Shown here: positions 1-12,500 of the stretch, one piece after another
Numbering within the stretch: position 1 is the first letter of the stretch
Layout of the letters: every line of letters starts with the position of its first letter
Source: Phoronis australis
Lineage: Eukaryota > Animalia > Phoronida
DNA: 64,000 nucleotides
Assembly (NCBI GenBank): GCA_002633005.1
Contig: NMRA01000055.1
Coordinates: forward strand, 248,001-312,000
Direction of reading: 5' to 3'
The notes under the pieces: generated by a model
The model's database searches: none
Seen by the model: the letters and a program-made list of their open reading frames with translations, nothing else
What the model was told of the DNA's origin: nothing
Position numbers and translations under genes: made by a program

Positions 1-3
1 ACA

Positions 4-296
4 CCTTAGGAGGCTGTTGATGTATTTAATTCCTTCCAAATCGAACAAATACTCCCGATATCAAACGTTTCCTTCGAGCAGTCCCTCGTTCAGTTCCCAA
101 AATCTGTAACTCACTATTTTTAACACTTCGTGTGCACCAGGTTATATGACGTCATACCACGTGGCGCGCGTAGTGTTAAAAATGGTGAGTTACTGATTTT
201 GGGAACTGAACGAGGGACTGCCCTGAGAAAAAGTTTGATAATGGGAGTATTTGTTTGAGTTTGAAGGAATTACATACATCAACGGGCTCCTAAGGT
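4..296. mobile_element. Foldback/MITE-like palindromic element
   Basis: Arms ~4-127 and ~172-296 are imperfect reverse complements (e.g. cagtccctcgttcagttcccaaaatc / gattttgggaactgaacgagggactg; ccttaggag / ctcctaagg). Confidence 0.75.
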
Positions 297-523
297 TTCC
301 CTTTGTGAGCAAAAGGTATTTATAACAATGTAACACTGAAAGGTTTGTTCAGTGGTGGCATTCAAATATTTTATATCCAATAAATTGTGCTGTGCCATAA
401 TGGACTTCTGGCCGTCTTAGAAATCTTTCGTGTCTTCTAGCAGCCATGATAAAAAGTAAATGAGAATCTACTAATTAGTTGTTCCTTTTGCTTCAGTTTT
501 TATTTTCATCTTTATATTTTCAG

Positions 524-3500
524 GGTTCTTATTGCTGATGAGGTAAGAAAAGATTTTTGTTTCAAACAGGGCCCTCGTTCATCTGAGGGGAAAGGTGCCT
601 GTGCCTTCTGAGAGGGATTTTTTTGGGTGAGGGGAAATTCTACCTCCTGATCACCATCAATTGCACCCCCACCCTTTTGTAAGCCCTCAAGCAGCCAAAA
701 CTAACATTTTGTGCTCTTTCAAATTGTCACCTGTATGGGTTACAAGTGATTTGAACCTCCAGGGGAATTTTTTAATTACTTGAGGGGAATTTTTGGGCCC
801 AGTGAGAGGAATTTCACATGATTTTTCAATATTTTTCACAGGGGAATGGGGCCGAATATCGGCCCCAAAATCGAAGAACTGAGGACCCAGTAAAATATGT
901 CTTATTTAATTTGTTTACAGCAATTACTCCTGACCACTCCCTAAAGAATACAGTTTATACCAAATTTATTAATGATGTTCTATATACAAAATGTCGTGCC
1001 TTGAAGCTGCATTTCATCCCATTTATCTGGACTTTTATTCTTCAAAATCGGTCTGATAATGTCCCTTATTATAATAGGATTCTATTTCTGTTACTAAGAA
1101 CAACATCAAAATCGCCAGTGACTTACTTAAAGTGAATCAGTTTATTGGGGTTGGACAACTTTAAAGTTGCAAATTCAAAAATGGTGCCTGGATCATGGAT
1201 GCATTGGCTCTGACTTAGTAATAGAAATAGAATTCTATCACAGTAAAGAATACTGAGTGTAAAAGGTCAAATTTGATCTTCATTTTTAGTCAGCGTAACA
1301 TGGCATAATGTAACTTTAAATATTTTGTGATACCAGGAATTTCTCACATTAACTCATAACGTAATTTGGAAATGGACACGTTTTGCCTTCCTAGTAGTAC
1401 TGCAAAGGTAAGCTTTATGAATATGGCCGTTTGTATTTGAGCAGAAAATGGTTTGCAAAATGACCTAAGGAGAAAATAGTTTACAATATGATATGAGCAG
1501 AAAGTGGTTTAGAAACTGATATAAGCAGAAAGGTGTTTACAAAATGATATATGGAGAAAATGGTTCAAGAAATGATTTTGGGAGAAATGGTTTACAAAAC
1601 GGTTTACGTGAGCAGAAATGGTTTACAAAGTGACATAAGTAGAGATGGTTTACAAAAATGCAAAAATGATATCAGAAGAAAATGGTTTACAAAATGACGT
1701 AAGCAGAAAATATAGTTTATAAAATGATATAAGCATGTCTGAAATGATTTACAAATAAGCAGAAAATGTTCTACTAGTGGCAGTGTCGTTCAACATGTAA
1801 AACGAAACAAATTGGGTGTAGTTTTTGAAAGACAGCCTGTATATGTGTAAAATCCAACATTTTCTTTGTTTTTGTACAGTATAGGCTGTAAAACCAGTAC
1901 CAGTCTGAGTGTACAGGGTTACATGATAAGAATCTAGTGACTGTATTTTTCACAAAATAGTCTGTTCATCTGTGAAAACAAATATTCTGTTTGTCATAGT
2001 GCTTTCTATATTCATTTTACATTGTATACCTATGGTAACCGCGAAAGGTACACACTATAAAAATGGTAACCCTGACTGAACGTAATGTTTTGTCTTTTTC
2101 GCCAAAAGTGCCCTTTGGCCTAAATTGGGACTTGTTTTCATGTAGAGGTCCATGGACTTGCATCTGAATGGGCCTCTTTTAGAAAGTCTAAGTTAAAAAC
2201 TAACTTGTAGATTGGATTTGACATTTATTCAGGATGATCTGTTTTCAGATGGGCCTAGGCAAGACTCTACAGGCCCTCTCTATTGCCTATTACTACAAAC
2301 ATGAATGGCCTCTGTTGGTGCTAGCCCCGTCGTCCATGCGTTATCCATGGGTGGAAGAGATTGAGAAGTGGTTTCCAGAAATCCTTCCAAGTGACATCAG
2401 CTTGATCCAGTCAGGAAGTGATATCGGGTGACGTTTTGTTAGATTAATTTGAGAGAAATATGGAAAATGTGGTCTTATGCAAACACTTTGTATAAGGCAT
2501 CCTCTTGGTCAAATGACTTTGGTTTTGAACTATCATAGTTGACATAAACAAGGTAAAGTTTTGTACTTTGGAGACAAGAACAATTTTGAAGATCAAGTAC
2601 AACTGTACTTGTTCATGTTAACGCTCATGCTCAGCTTACCACCTACCCCCTGAAATTTCTAAGTTTTCACTTTTAAGCACCCATCTTATTCCTACTTCCC
2701 TCGCTCAAAGCCACTGACTGTTTTTGTTGTTGCAAATCCCAGTGGAAAGTGATATGGCCCAGCAAAGGACTTGCATCTTGGTTTTGTATTTATTTCCACA
2801 CGAATGACCTGCACAAACTGTTCACTAGGGAGTAGGACATTGCTTTTCCTCAATGGAAGTAAATGCATAACCAAGATGTTGCCCTTTTGTTGGGCCATTT
2901 ACGTCAGGTTGTTCCGTGGTTAGAAAATACGCTCAAGGGAAATTATAGTGATTAATACACACAAATGGATTTCCGAGGTAGCCATTTATGCGTATTTCGA
3001 AAATAACCATTTATGCATATTTTTGCTAAACATAACATCAAAAACAGTTTCTTTCCCTTTAAAAGTGTACTGTCTTTGTGAATGGCTGTCTCACCCAATG
3101 TTATGACCTTCTTGTTGCCTCAAGTCCTAAGGAAAACCTCATTTCCGATTTTCAGTGAAATCTCCACTGCCAGGATCACCATAGCAACGTATGGCCTCTT
3201 GTCCAGAAGCAAGCAGACACAGCTGTTGGTGGAAGCACTGAGCAATCAGAACTTTAAGGTGATAATTGCTGATGAGTCACACTACATCAAGAACTACAAG
3301 TCAACAACATCCAAGGTGGTGGTGCCCCTCCTACAGGGGGCGCTCAGGAAGATGCTGCTGACTGGAACACCGGCGCTGTCTAAACCAGCAGAGGTAATAA
3401 TGTCACTATCCGTTGCGGCGCGTATTAGATGTATTTTTCGGTTTGTAAGGAATGTTTAATAGTGATCACATGCAAGAAATTTTGGTGTCTACCATTTTTA

Positions 3501-6500
3501 TGTCTTTCTGGCCAATTTGGATGGAATTTTTGAAATGATAAAAATAAGAGGCATTTACTTTTTATGCAATGGTTATAGTCGAAAATAGTTATCAGATTTC
3601 AAAAACTGCAGTAATGACAGGGATCATTTCTCGAAGCAGTCACTTTATGAAACATTATATAATCATGAAGAAAGCTTATTCAAGGTAAGTTTATGAGGGT
3701 TTTATTTGTGGTTCTCTTATTGTTTCGTTAAACGAGATAAGCAATGGTTTGGAATAGCGTTTTCTGCAGTTTTCATCATAAAAATCTTATTTTGGCCATG
3801 TCGCATAGCTTTTATCTGTCATTTTATAATGCTCCCTTTTTCTTCAGATTGTTTTAGCATACATATTCTGGATACCCCTTTATCTATGACTGAATGATGA
3901 ACACCATTATCATCGTGCACCATGGTGTCAGGTGCTCCATGTTGAAATATGATATGTTTAAAATTTTGTCATTTGTGACTCATTCTGACATCGAAAAGGA
4001 CATTGACTGTTGTCTCATTACAGCTGTTCCCTCAAATCGATGCCTTGTGTCCTGGTCATTTTGGCACATGGAACGAGTACGCCAAAAGGTATTGTGATGC
4101 TCACATGAGGTACTTTGGCAGGAACAACAGGCGATGGAATACAGAGTGAGTACAACATGGCTCCAGCTTCTGTCTCTCAACTTGTTCTTGTACTCACTTG
4201 CATCTTTTCCTCAACTCCAGTTTGTTCTATTATTGTGCTTGCGATTAAGATATCGAGCCTGTGCCCTTAGCTAACTTACTTTGCTTTAAACTCGGCTTGA
4301 AAGTTAAATGAAATGGCACACTTCTCGTAAACTGGTCAATTTCAATTTGAATATCATGATAGGTTAAATTACTTGTCAGTTTTTGTATAAAGTATAAGTG
4401 GTCCTGGCCCCTGATGTCTCACTTGCTCAATAATGCAATAACTGTTACTGCTGTTCTGTACATAATTCTATTCAACTACAGAGGAGCATCAAATCTTCAT
4501 GAACTGCAGTGTCGACTTAGTGACAAGGTCATGGTCAGAAGGCTGAAGAAAGATGTGCTCACGCAACTGCCCCCAAAGAGAAGACAGAAAATACCATTTG
4601 AATTGAAGGATTCCAATTTCAAAAAGGTAAATGTTATCACATTGTTGTTTAAGAATGTCACACTTTTGTGACATGCCTAAACTTGAGGTCTGTACTTATC
4701 ACATTGTGATGACTGTAACAGAAGTATGATGTGTTAAAGAATTTAATTTTCACAGTAAGTTCCCGGTCGTGGTTGTATATTTTCATTGTTCTGTGGTGAC
4801 ATTGCATGGTTGGATGCAGGTGTTTGTTAAAGGATTGCTAATATCTTGTCATTGTTTATTTACCCTTGTGTTTCGTGGTATAATCACCTTGACTCTTGTG
4901 AAGGGTGACTTCAAGTCCTCAACCATGCTTAGATGCTTCCATTCATGTCTCTTTCCTATGTTCTATACCCTATTGTAACCTAAGGTGGTTGAAACTCGGT
5001 CTCTGCAATGGGCGAAATTGGAAGCTAGGATTCATCAGATTTACGCTCTGTCGTGTATCTGTAATCTATGACAGACTTTGTGCAAAACGAGGGTGCATTG
5101 ATATCAAACCTCATTGTTAAATTAGATCATTTTACAGAAAATTGTGCTGAAATTCCAGGGCGAAAATTCGCCAATGGATCACTGCCTCGCGATCGCCGAT
5201 ATGGCAACTTGAATAAAAATAGAATTTTGACTTAAATTAGCTGAAATCCTTACTTATTCCAAATAGCACCCCTAAGATTTTTAAGTTCCTGTGGAGTCGG
5301 GATTATTGACAGGTTAAGTCCAAATCTACGCAAGATTGTACTTTGCATCACGAGAAAAATCTAGACGAAGACACGTGTTGTTGTCATGTGACGTTTGTTT
5401 TGAAGATGTGTGCGTGCGTGTGTGTGTGGGAGAGTAAATGCGATCTAGGTGTGGATTTAATTTCTTAACATAAGCAGAATGTGTTTTATTTAGCACTTGC
5501 TGGTCTCATCTACTATTAAAATGGTTGAGATTGTCTTGGTAAGATTCGGGTGTTCACTATCAGTGGGTCTTTTTATCAGATATTTGACTTACAAAACAGC
5601 AATTATGATTAATTAAATATTCCTCTTAAAAATAATGCATATATTTTTTTATGGTATTAGATTGCTTTCGAAAATTTGTGCCAATATTTATTTCTTGCTG
5701 ATGCTATGCTACCAGTTTTTTCATAAATAGATCGTTCTCGAAGACTAATAGCTGTAGTGTGCGCTTCCTCGCCACATGCTTTGAACACCAAATTTTTTTA
5801 ATCGTGAGACAGTCATCACCTCACTGGCATGCTTTGATTTGAAGTCTTCACGTGTATTAAGAAACTTGTAATCCTGTTGAGGTTAATAAAACAATTCTTC
5901 GTAATAATAACGCAAAAGTTTTGGTACATGAAACATTCAATCCTGTGGACAAGTACGCTGTGTCTGTTCTGAAAGGCCATACCATAGTGGTGGGACACGT
6001 TTCTCGCGAGATCATCAAAACTTGCATTCTTTTTGAAGCACGGCAGAAGTTTGTTTGAAGTGTGTAGTCATGACTAAATATCGACCTAGCGACGCACAAC
6101 AATGTTTTCAGTACAGTCGGATTTTGTTGATAATTGAAGACGTTACTGTAAGATTTTAGAACTTTAGGTAAGGCATTTTTTGCATGTACAAGTTCATGGG
6201 CTAGGCGCTTATTTCAGCGAAGTCTGAAGATGTTTGGGGGCGCTTATAGAAGCATTGGCGCTTATTAGGGTGAATGCGGTATGTTTGTTCCTGCATACCA
6301 TGACTTGTTAATGTTTACAGGACATAGATCGGCTTTTGCAAGAATTAAGTAATTTGATAAGAATGAGCAAGTTGAAGATCAGTGATGTCATGAAAAACAG
6401 CAGTCAGCCGAGCCAATCAGGCTCATCCGACCTGTTTAATATTCGAAAACTCATGATGGAGATATGGCACGCCACCGCCCGCGCCAAGGTCAGTTATTCA

Positions 6501-9500
6501 TAATGCACGTAATTCTCAGTCATCATTGAAAATCTAAATAATGATAAAAAATAGTTGCCATGCATGGGCTCAACACAGCAGGAGACATCAGCCTGGTGTA
6601 ATGAGTCACTGTTACTATTATGACGCATACCGTGCAATGTCATCTTTGGAATGAGTTGTGAAAAATTGTAACAACTACATATATGTGCAGACAACTTTGT
6701 GTTGAAAATTATGTTTGTATTGTTCATTAAGACATGTTTTGCTATTAAACACTATTTTTCACCTCTGGTTAAAAGTCTTAATGAAAGTCAGTTAAGTGTA
6801 AATGGAATAACAAGTTTAATATGTAGGATGTAGATGAATGTTTTGTGTGAACGTGTGTAAACTCTAGTTATTCAGGTAACTATTAGAAAATCAAAATCAT
6901 AGAAGTGACGTGGAGGATTTCAAATGTGTTGCCTCTCTATTTAAAAAGTCAATTTCACTTTTCGGCCATAAAAATTCACACAAAATGGCCCTGAATTCCC
7001 TGTCATGGTGGCTGAGCAGAAACTAAATTCATTTTTTCAGTGTAGTTTCTCCCCTTATGACTTATCTCCCCTTATGACTTATCTCCCCTTATGACTTAAC
7101 ATGAAGGCAGAATTAACAAGGGGAGTTAGTAAGTCATTCTGTTATTAGAATTTTGCCGCCCTAAAATCATTTTTGCTATCTGCAGAATTAGCTGTCATGA
7201 CTGGGTAATGGTAGTTTGTCCGATTACTTTGCTATTGCACTGTGTGTTAGTGTCTGCAGGTTTGATGTGATTGCAGATTGGTCCTGTGTGTGACTATGTG
7301 AAGATGTTGCTTGAAGATGATGGTGTAAAAGTACTTCTCTTTGCACATCACATGGTAATGATGGACGGACTACAGCAACAACTGTGGCAGAGTAAAGTCA
7401 AGTTTATACGCATTGATGGGTCTGTGGCGTCAGAGGATAGGATGGTGGGTCGCGTGTTTGTTTGTCATGTAATAACAAATCATAAAAGTTCATGGTTGAA
7501 TATGAATACTGTAACACACACTTTCTACTAATCATAGTTATTATAGAATTGTGAATTATCTTGTTTTTTATGCCATACGTGTTGAATAAATCGAGTGCGA
7601 TACGGCCATGTAATGTTGTTTTCCGTATTGTACTCCCGGACTATTTTAATAGTGACCCTTGACATGGAAAGTTCAAAAAGCAGGTCAATGTCGACTCAAC
7701 GTCATTAGCTGGTTCAATCATCAAACTATTCCCAAAATAGTTTAAAATAATAAAATTGCAACAGTATAAATAACTCCCAACATGCAATCAGTTACCAAAC
7801 GTTACATCTGGTACAAAACTGTTAACTATATGACACTTCTGTCTCAGTTTTCAATTGCTAAGTATTATATCGTCTCCAGCTCAGGCACTGTTGCCTCTGT
7901 AACTACAATATCAAATTTGTTACTTAAATATTTTCAGGAAATGTTACAAGTTTAATGCACAGTTACCCTTGTTATCACCTTTGTTATCTCTTTTCAAGTA
8001 AGAAATCGTTACATTTAAAACTGTTTCTTTTACTAAGAGTAAACTTGTAGCCTAGCACGCAAGTACATACATATAGGATGTGATTCGCCTAGTGAACCGT
8101 CTTGGCAAAGTATTAAAAAAAACTGCCGAAAAAATGAAAGAAACTTAAGAATTTGAAGCGTATGGGATAAGTACAAAACATTCTCCGATTGGCACAGAAT
8201 TATGTCTCGTGGGATATTACTTCATCTTCGCCACTCTCTGTACATTTTGTGTATGTATTTCATACGTCACGCTGACCAAATATTGAGTGTTGTCTCTTTG
8301 TAAAGTTATTGGCTGAACATATGTAAAAATGATTCTGCAAACAATGAATAGACAGTTATTGTAGTGCTGGATGAGATCTGGCTCATGTCCTTAGTTTTGT
8401 TTATTAATCATTTATTATGTAAGCCTGTTCTTAGTGTTTCAAGCTTCAGGTCTCATCCACCCAATAGCTTATCATCTTTAATAGCATTGCATGTTTCCTT
8501 TTAGCATTACGTGAAGCAGTTTCAGTCAAATCCCTCTATCAGAGTGGCCATCCTTAGTATTCAAGCTGCGGGTCAGGTGAGTCTGATTGAATATGGTCCA
8601 GTCTTCAGAATTGTGATCAATACATCTTTCAGGCTTGGGCTTTGGCTCAATATATTTTCTGACTGTTGTTCCCACAGGGGCTAAGTTGTGCTGTACATTA
8701 TGGAGGGCATAGCTTAAATAATGTAGATACAGACATGCATTGTAAAAGTTATTAATGAAATTTGTGATTCTGTGTAAGTCTGTTGTAATTTATGCCTTGT
8801 AGTGAAACTCAAACAAATTTTTGGTCACTTATTGAATAATGTTGCTGAACCCGTGGAGCACATACAAAGGAAATATACGACTATCATCAGGTCAAAGGTT
8901 TGCATTATGAACCTAGTTACACTCCTACATTTGAAAAATACATTTAATAATGTTCAAATTTGCATTTTTGCAACATTAGCAGTTTTTTTTGCGATAGGCT
9001 TCAAGTTCACAGCACAACTGCGCCAAAATTGTTGAAGCCATTTCTTTTGCTGCAGCTCTTGAATCTAGAAAAAAACAAACCTTTCTTATATTTTGGACAG
9101 TATTTTTTGTTTTGTTGATCTCCACATGATGTTTGAAAGCTGCACACTCTCCAGACCTGTCGGCACTTTGAGTCTTTGAGTTTCTCATTCAAATTTGAGC
9201 TCTGCATTCTAGTGTTGTTTCCAATTTAAACCATAGAATGAGTCTCATCAATCAATAGATATCACTAATTAAGAACATTTTGTAATTTAGGGCCTTGTAT
9301 TTGTTAGTAGTTTTTTTAACAGTTGTGGTGGGCATTTTGTTGGTGTACTACCAAAAATTATAAAAATGAAAAATGCTATTCCGTTTGTTTTGAAATGAAA
9401 TGATGCCATATTGAAAGGAAGTCATTTAAGAAATAGTTTTTACCTAACTGGTTTGTGTTGAAATATGCTTCACAAAGTTTTCAACAAAAATTAAGCAGAG

Positions 9501-12500
9501 ATGGTATACTTAATTAAAATCCATAGGAAATGTTATGCAAGTTGAACCCTTGTGTTCAAGGTTGTCTTGATGTGAAGGGAATCATCTCTAAGTATATCTT
9601 GAGACTTGCGTGATTTGCTTTACTGTCCTGTAGGGTCTGACCTTGACTGCTGGAAACATTGTGGTGTTTGCTGAGCTGCACTGGACCCCTGGTCAGTTGG
9701 AACAGTGTGAGGACAGAGCCCATAGGATTGGTCAGATGAACTCGGTCAATGTCCACTACCTGGTGGCTAGGAGTACCCTGGATGAATGGGTGTGGACTCT
9801 CTTGGCCAGGAAGGTGAGTATGATGTGGGACAGTTCAGTGCAGTGTGGTCTCGATGGCCATTAGGCGGCTAGTGTAGAACCAAACAGGTCACGACAGTAT
9901 TACTATGATTATTAGTAGTTGTAGTAGTATTAATAATAGTATTATCAGTGTAAACAAATGACATGTCTGCTTGGTGTTCTTGTGCATATATTGTGTACTC
10001 TTGCAGACATGTGTGGTGACTATATATTATGGTGTACTCTTGCAGACATGTGGTGACTATATATTATGGTGTACTCTTGCAGACATGTGTGGTGACTATA
10101 TATTATGGTGTACTCTTGCAGACATGTGTGGTGACTATATATTATGGTGTACTCTTGCAGACATGTGTGGTGACTATATATTATGGTGTACTCTTGCAGA
10201 CTTGTGTGGTGACTACGGCTTTGAATGGTGTCACTCAGACTCTGTCTATGGACCTTGGTGACAGACTTCAGGTGGAGAAGTTATCAAATGCTGATGCCTG
10301 GGTACCCAACGAGGTGGCACAAAATGTCGATATAGGAGCATTCTTCCAGTCACAACAATCACAAGTATGAGTGAGACTGTTTAGTAACATTGCTTTCAAA
10401 CAAGTGACAAATAATCCAGCATGCTGCCATCAGTAACTTTGGACATGAAGTTTCTGGTGACTTCCTTTATTTTGCATAGTATTAACATTTTAATTCTTGT
10501 TTATCAACGATTCATTCTTAGTCTTTATAGCTTTGCCAATTGTTGCATACAATGCATCAAAATACACAATCCACACCTTTTTATTTTGCTTTTAAATTGC
10601 ATGGCTGTATAGTGTGGCGTTCCATTGTGGCATTTTTTCATCCACGGCTATTTCTCCTAAATCCTTGTTGGATCTTTGTGAAATTTGCCTAATGTATTCC
10701 TATCAACATGACAACAGATGGCAGGAGCGTTTGGGCAGAAACAAGTACCACTATCTTTTGCGATCTCTTCTGTATGCTTCAGAGTTAACGGATTTTCAAA
10801 AAATTAGACAAATATGTTACTAGAGATGATGACAGTTTCCCATTTTCAAACAGGTTTGATGTGCCCTGCACCATGCAGTGGCCAGGTTTATGACACTTAT
10901 AAACACTCAACACCCCTAGAAGCATACTGTGTGTGGTACAGTCATCGGCACATTTTAACTCTTTGCACTGCTGTTGTTATAAAATGCTGCATTATTTTGT
11001 CAGGAAAGCAGCCAGATGTCTGTATTGGACTATTTCTCACCATCAGCTGTAAAAAAATCAAAATCTGGATCTCCAAAAAAGCGAAAACGGGAGACAGCAG
11101 AAGATGATCTTGATGCCAAATGTAATGTGCCAAACATAACAATCATAGATTTAGATGACGACCTTGACGATGACTTCAAAGTCAAATGTAAAAAGCCAAA
11201 GAAAAATGCTGGCAAGTCGGACACTTCCAGTGTCATTGACTTGGCAAAAGACAAACCTTGTAACACGAGACACAAGTGTGAGCCTGACACACAGGACACT
11301 AAGGCAGAGAGTATGAGATCTGTTAACAAACATGTGCCACTGCCGTCCAGTGTGTCAGTTCAATGCATCAGTTCAACCCTTGATTCTATTGAGGATTCAG
11401 AGTCTGATGGAATAAGGTCTGATGTTAGATTGGTGGACGCGAGCTCAGTGAACATCAAAAGGACTTCTACCTCTAGCAATGCAACAGCTTGTCTGAAGCT
11501 GGATGAAGGTTTGATAAACTTGAGTGCCTCAGATATTGTTAATGCTCAGGCCACACCCTTTAGAGGTACTTCAGCTAATAAGATTGAAACTACCAGGCAG
11601 GAGCGTTTGATGGACGGGAGCTCAGCTGAAATTATTAATGTACAGGCCACGCACTTTAGAGGTACTTCAGCTAAGAAGATTGAAACTACCAGGCAGGAGC
11701 GTTTGATGGACGGGAGCTCAGCTGAAATTATTAACGTACAGGCCACGCCCTTTAAAGGTGATTTAGCTAATAGGATTGCAACAACCAGACAAGAAGGGGT
11801 TGAGGATTTGATGGATTTGAGCTCTGCTAAGGTTATTAACTTACAGGACAATCCCTTTAAAGATAATTCAGCCAATAGGATTACAACAACCAGTCAAGAA
11901 AGGGTTGAGGATTTGATGGATGTTAGCTCTGGTGAACTAATTAACAAACGAGACATACCCCCCAAGGACTTGTTAGCCAACAGTAGCATGACAACCACCA
12001 AGGAGTCTGATGTGACATACTGGGCATGTAATGCGTGCACTTTTCATAATGAGATGACGGTTTCTGTGTGCGCCATTTGTTATACACCAGTTGGAGAGCA
12101 ACAGAGTTCTGATGGGGTAAACTCAGCGGGGGTTGCTAGAAGTAGTGGTAATATCAGGAGTGAGCCAAAACAAAATGTATGGACATGCTTGATGTGTACT
12201 TATGAGAACTCAAAGAGATGTAAGAAGTGTCAAATGTGCAATACTAAGAAAGGTGAGACTGTGCAATATGGTGTTGTTACAACAGAGATGAATGATAGGG
12301 GTGTCAATGAGTCTTGTACCTTGGTAGGGTCTGGTCTGGGGGCAAATGAATGTACAGTTGGAAGGGAAATCAATGATGGATGCTATATGGAGGACTGTGG
12401 TGCTATTGGAGTGGGTGTTGGTACGAGAGTCAGCATTAATGATGAAAAGGGTGCTACAAGAGTTAAGGCAGAAAGTGGTGCTATTGAACAGTGTGTTACT

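Noticed and set aside
567-890. hAT-like MITE (cagggccctcgttc...gaactgaggaccc)
   Set aside because: The inverted repeat is short and imperfect, with no TSD and no second copy in the window.
9971-10261. Cys-rich repeat ORF (CGDYILWCTLADM)n as a separate gene
   Set aside because: It is an alternative frame of the 39-bp minisatellite.
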